A stretch of 64,000 nt of DNA from the IMG/VR virus record IMGVR_UViG_3300032053_000007. One strand, given 5' to 3'. The position numbers and the translations under genes were made by a program. This DNA comes from a virus (Duplodnaviria > Heunggongvirae > Uroviricota > Caudoviricetes). The notes below the pieces were generated by a model, which was not told the DNA's origin, made no database searches, and saw nothing but the letters and a program-made list of their open reading frames with translations. Shown here piece after piece: positions 8,615 to 16,165 of this stretch. Each line of letters opens with the position of its first letter. Position 1 is the stretch's first letter.

Positions 8615-8689
8615 GCAAGAGTGGTGTTAGTGGTAGCATATGGGCTTGCCAAGTCTAAGGCGTGGGTCCGATTCCCGCCTCTTGCACCA
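8615..8689 (+). tRNA. tRNA-Gly(GCC)
   Basis: Loop TT-GCC-AA, CCA. Confidence 0.92.
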
Positions 8690-8694
8690 ATAAT

Positions 8695-8770
8695 GCGGGT
8701 GTGGTGTTTAATGGTAACATACGGGTCTTCCAAACCTAAGTTTCGGGTCCGATTCCCGACATCCGCACCA
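8695..8770 (+). tRNA. tRNA-Gly(UCC)
   Basis: Loop CT-TCC-AA, CCA. Confidence 0.92.
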
Positions 8771-8775
8771 GTAAC

Positions 8776-8851
8776 GGGCATGTAGCATAGTCTGGTCCAA
8801 TGCGCCGCCCTTATAAGACGGAGAACACAGGTTCAAATCCTGTCTTGCCCA
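8776..8851 (+). tRNA. tRNA-Ile(UAU)
   Basis: GGGC start, loop CT-TAT-AA, A73. Confidence 0.88.
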
Positions 8852-8854
8852 CTC

Positions 8855-8928
8855 GCACCTATAGCATAACAAGGTTAGTGCGCTGGACCCTTAATCCAGA
8901 CATTCGGGTTCAAATCCCGATAGGTGCA
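8855..8928 (+). tRNA. tRNA-Lys(CUU), C33
   Basis: CTGGA/TCCAG stem, loop CC-CTT-AA. Confidence 0.87.
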
Positions 8929-8933
8929 CTCGC

Positions 8934-9007
8934 GGACCATTAGCATAGCAAGGTTAGTGCAGGGGACCTTTAATCCCCGTACACGGGTTCAAATCCCGTA
9001 TGGTCCT
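8934..9007 (+). tRNA. tRNA-Lys(UUU), C33
   Basis: GGGGA/TCCCC stem, loop CC-TTT-AA. Confidence 0.87.
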
Positions 9008-9012
9008 TTCGT

Positions 9013-9081
9013 GACTTGGGAGCTACGGTAGCAAGGTGGTCTGTGAAGCCACTTCAGACGGTTCAACTCCGTCCCCAAGTC
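9013..9081 (+). tRNA. tRNA-His(GUG) with encoded G-1
   Basis: G-1:C73, loop CT-GTG-AA, short D arm. Confidence 0.85.
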
Positions 9082-9084
9082 CTC

Positions 9085-9157
9085 GCCGATTTAGAACAAC
9101 GGGAGTTCGCCCGACTGAAAATCGGGAATGACAGAGGTTCAATTCCTCTAGTCGGCA
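9085..9157 (+). tRNA. tRNA-Phe(GAA)
   Basis: Loop CT-GAA-AA, full cloverleaf. Confidence 0.92.
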
Positions 9158-9160
9158 TCT

Positions 9161-9232
9161 GCCGCTCTAGCATAATGGTAGTGTACCGCCCTGTTAAGGC
9201 GGAAGGTGTAGGTCCGATTCCTACGGGCGGCG
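9161..9232 (+). tRNA. tRNA-Asn(GUU)
   Basis: Loop CT-GTT-AA, G73. Confidence 0.92.
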
Positions 9233-9233
9233 C

Positions 9234-9310
9234 GGAGATATAGTTTAACAGATTAGAATGCCCGCCTTCGAAGCGGTAAGATGAGAGTGCAACTCTCTCT
9301 ATCTCCACCA
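9234..9310 (+). tRNA. tRNA-Arg(UCG)
   Basis: Loop CT-TCG-AA, CCA. Confidence 0.9.
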
Positions 9311-9315
9311 AATAT

Positions 9316-9390
9316 GGGGTGTTCAGTTAATAGGAAGGCTCTGGTCTCCAAAACCAGATACAGAGGTTCGAATCCTCTACTACCCCACCA
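9316..9390 (+). tRNA. tRNA-Trp(CCA)
   Basis: Loop CT-CCA-AA, CCA end; extra nucleotide in acceptor stem. Confidence 0.87.
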
Positions 9391-9391
9391 C

Positions 9392-9466
9392 GGTCCATTA
9401 GTGTATCAGAGAGCATATGACTCTTACAAAGTCATGGGCATGGTGCGACTCCATGATGGACCACCA
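9392..9466 (+). tRNA. tRNA-Val(UAC)
   Basis: Loop CT-TAC-AA, CCA. Confidence 0.92.
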
Positions 9467-9470
9467 ATAT

Positions 9471-9546
9471 GGGGATTTGGTGTAACTTGGAAGCATCGGT
9501 GGCTTGGAACCATCAGGTGAGGGTTCAAATCCTTCTATCCCCACCA
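9471..9546 (+). tRNA. tRNA-Pro(UGG)
   Basis: Loop CT-TGG-AA, CCA. Confidence 0.9.
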
Positions 9547-9551
9547 ATCGC

Positions 9552-9627
9552 CCCTCTGTCGTCTAACAGACTAGGACCTTCGGCTGTAAACCGAATGATT
9601 CCTGTGCAACTCAGGACAGGGGGACCA
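9552..9627 (+). tRNA. tRNA-Tyr(GUA)
   Basis: Archaeal-type C1:G72, short variable loop, loop CT-GTA-AA, CCA. Confidence 0.92.
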
Positions 9628-9633
9628 ATCAAT

Positions 9634-9708
9634 GGATGCGTAGTGTAGCGGTCAACACACCAGCCTGTCACGTTGGAAGCGCGGGTTCGAATCCCGCCGT
9701 ATCCGCCA
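9634..9708 (+). tRNA. tRNA-Asp(GUC)
   Basis: Loop CT-GTC-AC, G73-CCA. Confidence 0.93.
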
Positions 9709-9751
9709 TAACCTTTATATAGCCGTTTGACATTAATATATTGGGATTAAA

Positions 9752-10363
9752 ATGGCAACTGATATGTGAATCCGAAAAGAGAATTCTACTATTTTGATTA
9801 CGTTAAGTGTTGCCAAAGGTTCTAATAATATTCCTGTAGTCAAACAGCTTAGACGAGAATGTAACACAGCTTCTAATATCAAAGATAATAATACTCGCAA
9901 AAAGGTCTTGAAAGCATTAAACAAACTAATAGTCGAAGTTTCACAAACTCTTGTTGAAGACGGCTATCTAATGTTTGCCGCTTATGATGGTGTCTGAACG
10001 ATTAGACCGCCTTTGCCAGTTACCAGAAACTTCTACGACTGTGGCAAGCGGTTTGAAATTGAGTATTTGAGAAGCCTCTACTCTAATAACCCAAAAATTG
10101 GTATAATTAATCTATCAACTAAAGAGGCTATTATCTCTATCCGAGAAGGTGAATTTGAAGCTGTAAAGTTAAGATTGACTTCTGGAATAGGCGGGCAACA
10201 CAAGAAAGGCGGCTCAAGTTCTGGAAGATTCTATAGAAAACGAGAAGAAGAAATTAACTTTTTCTTTAGAAAAGTCCATAATCGTTCCAGAGATTTCCAA
10301 GTTAACCGATGGGAAATTAGGGGAGACAAAGATATGGTGAAAAGGTATTCTTCATTTGATTAA
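9752..10363 (+). CDS. aRF1/eRF1-like release factor homolog (N and partial M domains) interrupted by two in-frame TGA; readthrough gene or pseudogene
   Basis: One frame from ATG 9752 with TGA at 9767-9769 and 9995-9997; TASNIKD, PP.PV..YDCGKRF (YxCxxxF), HKKGGSS at the GGQ position. Confidence 0.85.
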
Positions 10364-10410
10364 ACCAAAAGGTTTATATAGAGGTATTGACATATATTAA
10401 GGCTACCTAT

Positions 10411-10566
10411 GCGGGCGTAGGGAATCAGAAAACCCAGAGAACGAAAAGTCTGGATGGCTTAAATCTGGATGGCTCAAATCCAAGTCTGGATGGCTAAGAT
10501 TCATTCCCGATAGAGCAAACCCCTTGCTTAGTTGCTGTGGGAGTGCAAATCTCCCCGCCCGTACCA
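10411..10566 (+). tRNA. tRNA-Leu precursor with three tandem anticodon modules (UAA, CAA, AAG)
   Basis: GCGGGCG/CGCCCGT-A-CCA, D arm GGG/CCC, long variable arm, T arm; TCTGGATGGCT x3, each followed by a Leu anticodon. Confidence 0.7.
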
Positions 10567-10579
10567 TTAACTAAAATAA

Positions 10580-10653
10580 TGCGGGATAAGATAACGACAG
10601 TCAGTTGGACTCATAATCCAACAGCGACAGTTTAACTCTGTCTCCCGCAACCA
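10580..10653 (+). tRNA. tRNA-Met(CAU) (elongator/initiator/Ile2 not resolved)
   Basis: TTGGA/TCCAA stem, loop CT-CAT-AA, CCA; atypical T loop TTTAACT. Confidence 0.75.
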
Positions 10654-10793
10654 AAAGATTTATATAGTTGTTTTGTATTATATTTGTGGTAAGTGATTGA
10701 CATGATATTCGAAACTCTTCCTAATTGTCACGACTTGGGTATCAGTAGTCAGTCCACTTGTCAGTCGTCAGCCTAAATTTTTTATCCGTTTGT

Positions 10794-10881
10794 GGCAGGG
10801 TGGCAGAATCAGGTATTGCACCCGTCCTGAAAACGGTGTTCCCTTATGGGAATAGGGGTTCAAATCCTCTCCCTGTCGCCA
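10794..10881 (+). tRNA. tRNA-Ser(UGA), C33
   Basis: Long variable arm, G73-CCA, loop CC-TGA-AA. Confidence 0.88.
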
Positions 10882-10886
10882 TTGAT

Positions 10887-10975
10887 GGTAGGTTGGCTGA
10901 GTGGTTTAAGGTACTGGTTTGCTAAACCAGCGTTCCCATGTGGAACCGAGAGTTCGAATCTCTCACCTACCGCCA
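10887..10975 (+). tRNA. tRNA-Ser(GCU)
   Basis: Long variable arm, loop TT-GCT-AA, G73-CCA. Confidence 0.93.
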
Positions 10976-10985
10976 TTAACTTTGC

Positions 10986-11060
10986 GCGAGTATGCCGAAG
11001 TCTGGTTAACGGGGCGGTCCGCAAAACCGTTATTCGGCGGTTCAAATCCGCCTACTCGCT
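10986..11060 (+). tRNA. tRNA-Cys(GCA), C33
   Basis: U73, loop CC-GCA-AA. Confidence 0.87.
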
Positions 11061-11064
11061 CTTT

Positions 11065-11080
11065 TTAATCAGTTGATTAA
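11065..11080. promoter_or_regulatory. Palindromic operator-like site TTAATCA-GT-TGATTAA (copy 1)
   Basis: Exact copies at 14972, 29627, 45058; GG-spacer variant at 36542. Confidence 0.7.
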
Positions 11081-11137
11081 CTGAACCGAAAACTTTATAT
11101 AGTGGTTTCTATATAGTTATATCCTTCGGTGAGAATT

Positions 11138-11344
11138 ATGGGTCATGCGGAAGTATGTCCAATTTGTCATGGAAAAGGAACAATACCAACAGAAGACGGT
11201 ACTGGTGCTACTAGAACTTGTTATGGATGTAATGGAAGAGGCTGGGTAGAAGTAAATGATATTTTTCCAGTTTATCCGAGAGACCCCGTTCCGCCAATTT
11301 ACCCGTGGTGGGGCAATCCAATCTACTACTGTTGCAATCGTTAA
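11138..11344 (+). CDS. Small DnaJ-type zinc finger (CxxCxGxG) protein
   Basis: CPICHGKG and CYGCNGRG; GGTGA RBS. Confidence 0.75.
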   Translation: MGHAEVCPICHGKGTIPTEDGTGATRTCYGCNGRGWVEVNDIFPVYPRDPVPPIYPWWGNPIYYCCNR

Positions 11345-11925
11345 TTCTTTTGCTGGTTCAATTCGTCCCGTTGCCATTTTTCATAGAGCTTTTTTCGTCT
11401 AGCTACTGCATCTTGTGATAGGTCTTCTTTAAAAGGATGAACATCTTCCATTGAAGTTATTGGAATCATTGTCGCGCGAACTGCATCTTTATGCTTGTTG
11501 ATATATCGTTTGAATTTCTTTCTTTTATTTCTTTTTGTGTGTCTCTTTCTTCTGTTCTCTCCATGTTTGAACCCGTGTTCTTTAGCGTGACATCTTTGGC
11601 ATAAAGTGACCAAGTTTGATGGGTCATCGCTTCCGCCTTTACTTTTGGGAATAATGTGGTGAACTTCGAGATGTTTATAGAAGTTGCATTCTTGACATCT
11701 GAAATTATCTCGTAAAAGAACTTTGCTTCTAATCTGTAGATATAGTTGAAGGTCTGCCTGAGCCTGTAGTGCTTTTGGAGAAGTGTGTGGTCTAGTAGTT
11801 GGGAGTTTAGATTTTTGTGTTTCTTCATAAAGTCGTTTATATTTTTTGTATTTGTTTTTATAGTGAACCGCGAGAGCTAACCCACTTAGTCCTGCTAACA
11901 ATATCGCAATAACTGATTCAATCAT
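11341..11925 (-). CDS. HNH endonuclease with N-terminal membrane anchor
   Basis: Hydrophobic N-terminus; RDNFRCQEC..LEVHHIIPKSKGG..NLVTLCQRCH. Confidence 0.85.
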   Translation of the reverse strand: MIESVIAILLAGLSGLALAVHYKNKYKKYKRLYEETQKSKLPTTRPHTSPKALQAQADLQLYLQIRSKVLLRDNFRCQECNFYKHLEVHHIIPKSKGGSDDPSNLVTLCQRCHAKEHGFKHGENRRKRHTKRNKRKKFKRYINKHKDAVRATMIPITSMEDVHPFKEDLSQDAVARRKKLYEKWQRDELNQQKN

Positions 11926-11929
11926 GCCT

Positions 11930-12292
11930 TTACCACGGCATACCGTTTAGGAAGTGGGTTATTAAGAAAATTATGACTGTCGTGAGTATTGGAGAAGCGA
12001 TAAATGCTATAGCCGCCCAGTATATCTTCCACCGAGCAATTCCTTCTTCCAGTTTGTTAATCTTGTTTTTGGTATCTTCAACTTGCTGGACCAAATCAGA
12101 ACGCCGTTTTTCCAAATCATTTACTTGAGCCTGAAGAGTATTCATTCGCTCTTTGTTATCAGCACAGTCAATATTATATTGTTCATGCAGAGCATCAAGT
12201 TTCTCATCTATTCTACCAATGGAGTCAATAAGTTTAAGAAGACGGTCTATTTCTTTTTCTTTGCCGTTTTTCCCGTTTTGGCTGTTCGACAT
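11930..12292 (-). CDS. Coiled-coil protein with C-terminal TM helix
   Basis: Heptad-rich body, hydrophobic C-terminus. Confidence 0.7.
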   Translation of the reverse strand: MSNSQNGKNGKEKEIDRLLKLIDSIGRIDEKLDALHEQYNIDCADNKERMNTLQAQVNDLEKRRSDLVQQVEDTKNKINKLEEGIARWKIYWAAIAFIASPILTTVIIFLITHFLNGMPW

Positions 12293-12414
12293 GCTTTGAC
12301 CTCTACATACCCATTACCTAAAATGCCATCTATGTGATTCTCTAAATCTCCTATTTTTTCTTCAATTGTTTGAAGGATAACGGCTTTATGTTCCCTAGAT
12401 AGTGGTTTACACAT
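12247..12414 (-). CDS. Possible small hypothetical protein
   Basis: ATG just downstream of a minus-strand promoter at ~12446-12464; overlaps next gene. Confidence 0.3.
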   Translation of the reverse strand: MCKPLSREHKAVILQTIEEKIGDLENHIDGILGNGYVEVKACRTAKTGKTAKKKK

Positions 12415-12457
12415 AGGCAACACTATGAGACATAATGTGACGCGCCCTATATAAACC

Positions 12458-14923
12458 TTATGGTTCATTCGTACAAAAAGTGTCTAATATGCAAACGCCC
12501 AGAATTTCTTTGTCCCAATCTATCCCTAATGGCTCAAGTATCTGGATGAAAGTATTTTTAAATGACTCTATGTATTTTGTTACATTAATATCGTCTGGCT
12601 TGGCTAATTGTGTAGGCTTTACCCCTACCTTATCATTCGTTTTGACAAAGGAAATATCAGACCCTTCACCTATATCGTACCCAGCTTGTCGAAGTTGTTT
12701 AGCCGCTTTAATGTGTTGCGGGTCGCCTTCATAATCGTCAATGTCCCTAGAAGCTGTAACGTGAAAAGCCAAGTTTTCCATATTGTCAAAATTACGAGTT
12801 TTTAGTTTGGTATAGGTAATCTTTACTAATTTCAAGATAGATTTCTTTGTAATTTGAATATCTGCCTCAGTATAAACTTGAGCCAGTAGTTTCTTTGTTT
12901 CCTCAAATGGGGTCTTGATTATTTGCGGCGTGTGTTTTTTCTTTCCTGTTAAACCCTTAACGTCAACGGTTCCATCTTTCAAAACACCCAAATAATTCTT
13001 CTTGCGACCACTCAAACAGACATATCTATACTCTTTATCCAATTCAAAATCAATGTCGAATTGAGTTTTCGCCCAAATTAGCAGTTGGTCTAACACTTCG
13101 CTCTGCGGGTCTTTAAAGAAAACTGAATCTGTATCGCCAGCTATGACGTTTAACCCTAGTTCCTGAGCATGTTTTATGGTTTGAGTGATTATCCATCGTC
13201 CGATTCCAGTTACATATTCAGGCATAGGCGGACAATATAGGACAAATTTTTCGTCACCAAATACTCCATATGAGGCATTACAGATAACTTTTATACTCTG
13301 TTCTGATACAGAATACCACGGTTTTAATGGATTGTTCTTATCCTTTGCCATCTTTTTATACCATTTTACACGCAAATCTTTCAAAGTTCCTATTAATTGC
13401 GATTCTATTGCTCTGTTTTTGAGGCAAATATGATGTTTCATGTCTGCAAATGTGTTTCCTTTACACATATCGTGTGGACAATTGACAGTAGCATATCCAA
13501 GATTCCAATTCTTGATTATTGATGGATATAGACTTGCGAAGTCGCCAACTGCAACGTTAAAATGGTATCCAGCTACAGGATTTACAACAATTGCGCCCTT
13601 ATACTTCTTGCCTTTGATTAGAGCGGTTGTTATTGTCTTTCCCTTCATAGCAACGATGTCTTCGGAGCGCGGAATTATTGTGTTTCGTTTACTATGCTCA
13701 TAATATATGAAACTTCGAATCCATTGAGAGATAGGTTTGCGACTTACTAACTCAATTGGCAAATAGCTTAGTCGAGCTAAGACAAGAATTAAGTTCATTA
13801 CTACGTTATCGCTATATGTCGTTAACTTTATTGTAAGATTTGCATCATTTAAACAGTAAGTAAGAAGTTCCTCATAGGTCATATCGCCTACCCACTCATG
13901 TATTCCCTTTATTTTACCTTCCTTGATTAGTGCTTTCGAAACTTCATCGAGAGTGACGTTTTTATACTTCTGTTGGAATGCATAATTCTGCATTGACTTA
14001 ATTGAGAAGAACTTGTAAAGGTCTATATGTATAGCATCTTTCCAGTAAGCAATTTTCTCTTTGACATTATGCGTTATCGGAATATCTTTTATTGGAATCC
14101 CAAGTCGAATTGCTCGGTTCATTAAATAGGGAAGGTCGAAATCATCGCCGTTAAAAGTGATAATGAAAGGATATTGACTACCAAATTTGAATACCGCTTC
14201 CAAAAGTTCTGCTTCGTCCGAGAACCAATCAATAGCATCTGCTTCTGGACAGGTGAAGTCTTTGTCTTCCTGAATTAATACAAAGGCATGTTTTTCGCCA
14301 GTATTGGAAACCATACAAACACATATTACTGGCAAATTAGCACTAGAAGGACTTGGTATTTTATTTCCTTCATTGAGAATTTCGGCATCGAGAGATACAC
14401 GTTTGAATTCTGGTGCTGGATATTCAAGAAGTTTAGCCAGTTGTTCACAGATAGCTTTATTATAAGTCTCTGGTTTGACTAATTCCGTTAGTTCTTTAAC
14501 TCTTATTTCCGCTTCTTTATCCATATTGAAAAGAAGAGTTCCTCTTTCTCGAATATAAGGCATACCCATTTTGATGTCATTATCGTATATGTAACGCATA
14601 GAAAATCTGATATGATTCTCCCAAACCTCTATATTTTGGTTTTCCCAAGCGTCAACTTTTCTGTTGAAGATTTTAATTACTTCTGGACCTTTAACCGTGA
14701 CTTTCCAAACTTTAACCTGTTCATCATGGAGCGCGTCATATCGCTCAACTTGTTCTTGTTTGATAATTCCTTCAAAGTTTTGTTTCTCTCGCGCGTAAAA
14801 ATAATGTTTGAACACGCTATCATAATAATACTCAATTCTGCCCGTATCTGTATTATACAGTTTGAGAACTATACAAGCTAGTGAGTTGTCATAATCAGCG
14901 GAAACGATGTAGAGCATTTGCAT
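12458..14923 (-). CDS. polB: Family B DNA polymerase with proofreading exonuclease
   Basis: LDAE, FNGDDFDLPYL, YCLND, DFASLYPSII, KVICNASYG, GDTDS, KKNY. Confidence 0.96.
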   Translation of the reverse strand: MQMLYIVSADYDNSLACIVLKLYNTDTGRIEYYYDSVFKHYFYAREKQNFEGIIKQEQVERYDALHDEQVKVWKVTVKGPEVIKIFNRKVDAWENQNIEVWENHIRFSMRYIYDNDIKMGMPYIRERGTLLFNMDKEAEIRVKELTELVKPETYNKAICEQLAKLLEYPAPEFKRVSLDAEILNEGNKIPSPSSANLPVICVCMVSNTGEKHAFVLIQEDKDFTCPEADAIDWFSDEAELLEAVFKFGSQYPFIITFNGDDFDLPYLMNRAIRLGIPIKDIPITHNVKEKIAYWKDAIHIDLYKFFSIKSMQNYAFQQKYKNVTLDEVSKALIKEGKIKGIHEWVGDMTYEELLTYCLNDANLTIKLTTYSDNVVMNLILVLARLSYLPIELVSRKPISQWIRSFIYYEHSKRNTIIPRSEDIVAMKGKTITTALIKGKKYKGAIVVNPVAGYHFNVAVGDFASLYPSIIKNWNLGYATVNCPHDMCKGNTFADMKHHICLKNRAIESQLIGTLKDLRVKWYKKMAKDKNNPLKPWYSVSEQSIKVICNASYGVFGDEKFVLYCPPMPEYVTGIGRWIITQTIKHAQELGLNVIAGDTDSVFFKDPQSEVLDQLLIWAKTQFDIDFELDKEYRYVCLSGRKKNYLGVLKDGTVDVKGLTGKKKHTPQIIKTPFEETKKLLAQVYTEADIQITKKSILKLVKITYTKLKTRNFDNMENLAFHVTASRDIDDYEGDPQHIKAAKQLRQAGYDIGEGSDISFVKTNDKVGVKPTQLAKPDDINVTKYIESFKNTFIQILEPLGIDWDKEILGVCILDTFCTNEP

Positions 14924-14971
14924 TCACTATCTATATCTTGTCTTACAACTATATAAACCTTACGCCTCAGT

Positions 14972-14987
14972 TTAATCAGTTGATTAA
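14972..14987. promoter_or_regulatory. Operator-like palindrome between divergent polB and GNAT promoters
   Basis: Exact TTAATCAGTTGATTAA. Confidence 0.7.
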
Positions 14988-15024
14988 TTTCTGTTAAGAA
15001 TGTTCGTAAGACTTATATAGGGCG

Positions 15025-15474
15025 ATGAGGATGGCATTAGTGGTGAACGTTATGAGGCGAGTAAGAAAAGAGGTCTCAGTTAGTGTGGACATGAAAACTG
15101 AGGAAGTGAAAGTTATGGTCGATGGAGTGGAAGCGGCAAAAGCACAGTTCACTATTGATGGAACACAAATAATGGTTACGAGTGTTGAAACAGAAGAAGC
15201 ATATCAAAAGAGTGGATATGGACGGCTGTTGTTTGATGCTTTAAAGTGTATCTCTCAACAAAAGAAGATGCCACTTATTCTTTGGTCATCTGATGATGCG
15301 ATTCCCTTTTATGAGAGAATAGGTTTGCTTCATCTCGACAACCCAGAAGTTCAAAAGAGAGTAATATTTGGCAATCTCAAAACACGGGAAGACATTGCAA
15401 CAAAGGTCGATGGCGATGACTTCATTTGGATACCGCAAAGTTTAAATAGGCGGAAACCAATCATCTACTTGTGA
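15025..15474 (+). CDS. GNAT family acetyltransferase
   Basis: V..EEAYQKSGYGRLL (motif A) and AIPFYERIG (motif B). Confidence 0.85.
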   Translation: MRMALVVNVMRRVRKEVSVSVDMKTEEVKVMVDGVEAAKAQFTIDGTQIMVTSVETEEAYQKSGYGRLLFDALKCISQQKKMPLILWSSDDAIPFYERIGLLHLDNPEVQKRVIFGNLKTREDIATKVDGDDFIWIPQSLNRRKPIIYL

Positions 15475-15929
15475 CAGCTATGGATGAACGCGAGTTATAT
15501 CCTAAAGTTATGAGAATCGAAGAAGCACGTAAACAATGTATTCCTATGCCTGAAGGTGTAAAGATTCCTAAGAGCGCACGTAAAAGTTCTTCAGGTGGAC
15601 GTTGCAATAATTGTGGACGAGAAACTATGGAAGGACATGAAGATGCTCATGGCATGTGGCATTATAGATGTCCGTATTGTGTAGCTCATCAAAAGCCGAG
15701 TCCAGACCCATGCCCACGATGCAGATGCACCACACATGATAGAATATCTGAAATGTCTGGGTTAGAAATGAGTTCTAATCCATTTAAACCAGACGTAATA
15801 GGATTCAGGTGTTTGAACTGTAGTTTTGAGTGGTTCACATCGGAATATGAAAAGTATCTTTTAACCAGAGTAGTCAAATCTGTTTTGCCAAAGAGCGGGT
15901 TTGCTGAGAAAAGACGGGGTAAACCATGA
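15471..15929 (+). CDS. Multi zinc-ribbon protein
   Basis: Four CxxC pairs. Confidence 0.7.
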   Translation: MTAMDERELYPKVMRIEEARKQCIPMPEGVKIPKSARKSSSGGRCNNCGRETMEGHEDAHGMWHYRCPYCVAHQKPSPDPCPRCRCTTHDRISEMSGLEMSSNPFKPDVIGFRCLNCSFEWFTSEYEKYLLTRVVKSVLPKSGFAEKRRGKP

Positions 15930-16165
15930 ACAGAAATACTTTGTATAGACTTCAAGATGTTAGGCAAAAATTCAGTTGGTGTCCATGCGGGTTCTTCTGC
16001 AAGGATTGTCTGAGGGAAATGATTGATTATGAAGGAATGTTGAGGGGGATATTCTGGCATATCATTTTTCATACTCCATTAGGAAAAATCTACTTCCAGT
16101 TAGAATTAAAAAAACCGATAGAGGGTATAGCGTCAAGCGAAGTCTATGAGATGATTATAGATTGA
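15926..16165 (+). CDS. Hypothetical protein
   Basis: ATGA-coupled ORF. Confidence 0.55.
   Translation: MNRNTLYRLQDVRQKFSWCPCGFFCKDCLREMIDYEGMLRGIFWHIIFHTPLGKIYFQLELKKPIEGIASSEVYEMIID

Noticed and set aside
9316-9390. tRNA-Trp as a dedicated UGA suppressor with a shortened anticodon stem
   Set aside because: The anticodon stem is fully paired (CTGGT/ACCAG); no clear suppressor signature, so the UGA reader remains unidentified
10487-10503. Amber suppressor anticodon (CUA) in the alternative hairpin register TGGAT-GGCTAAG-ATTCA
   Set aside because: Needs G32/G33; the CT-NNN-A register gives Leu anticodons in all three repeats and matches the Leu-type body. No canonical CUA, UUA or UCA tRNA was found
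7099-11377. Track ORFs overlapping the ncRNAs and tRNAs (e.g. 7099-7290, 8311-8781, 9016-9243, 10846-11076, 11117-11377)
   Set aside because: They run through tRNA cloverleaves or lie antisense to better genes and have no RBS or promoter; spurious
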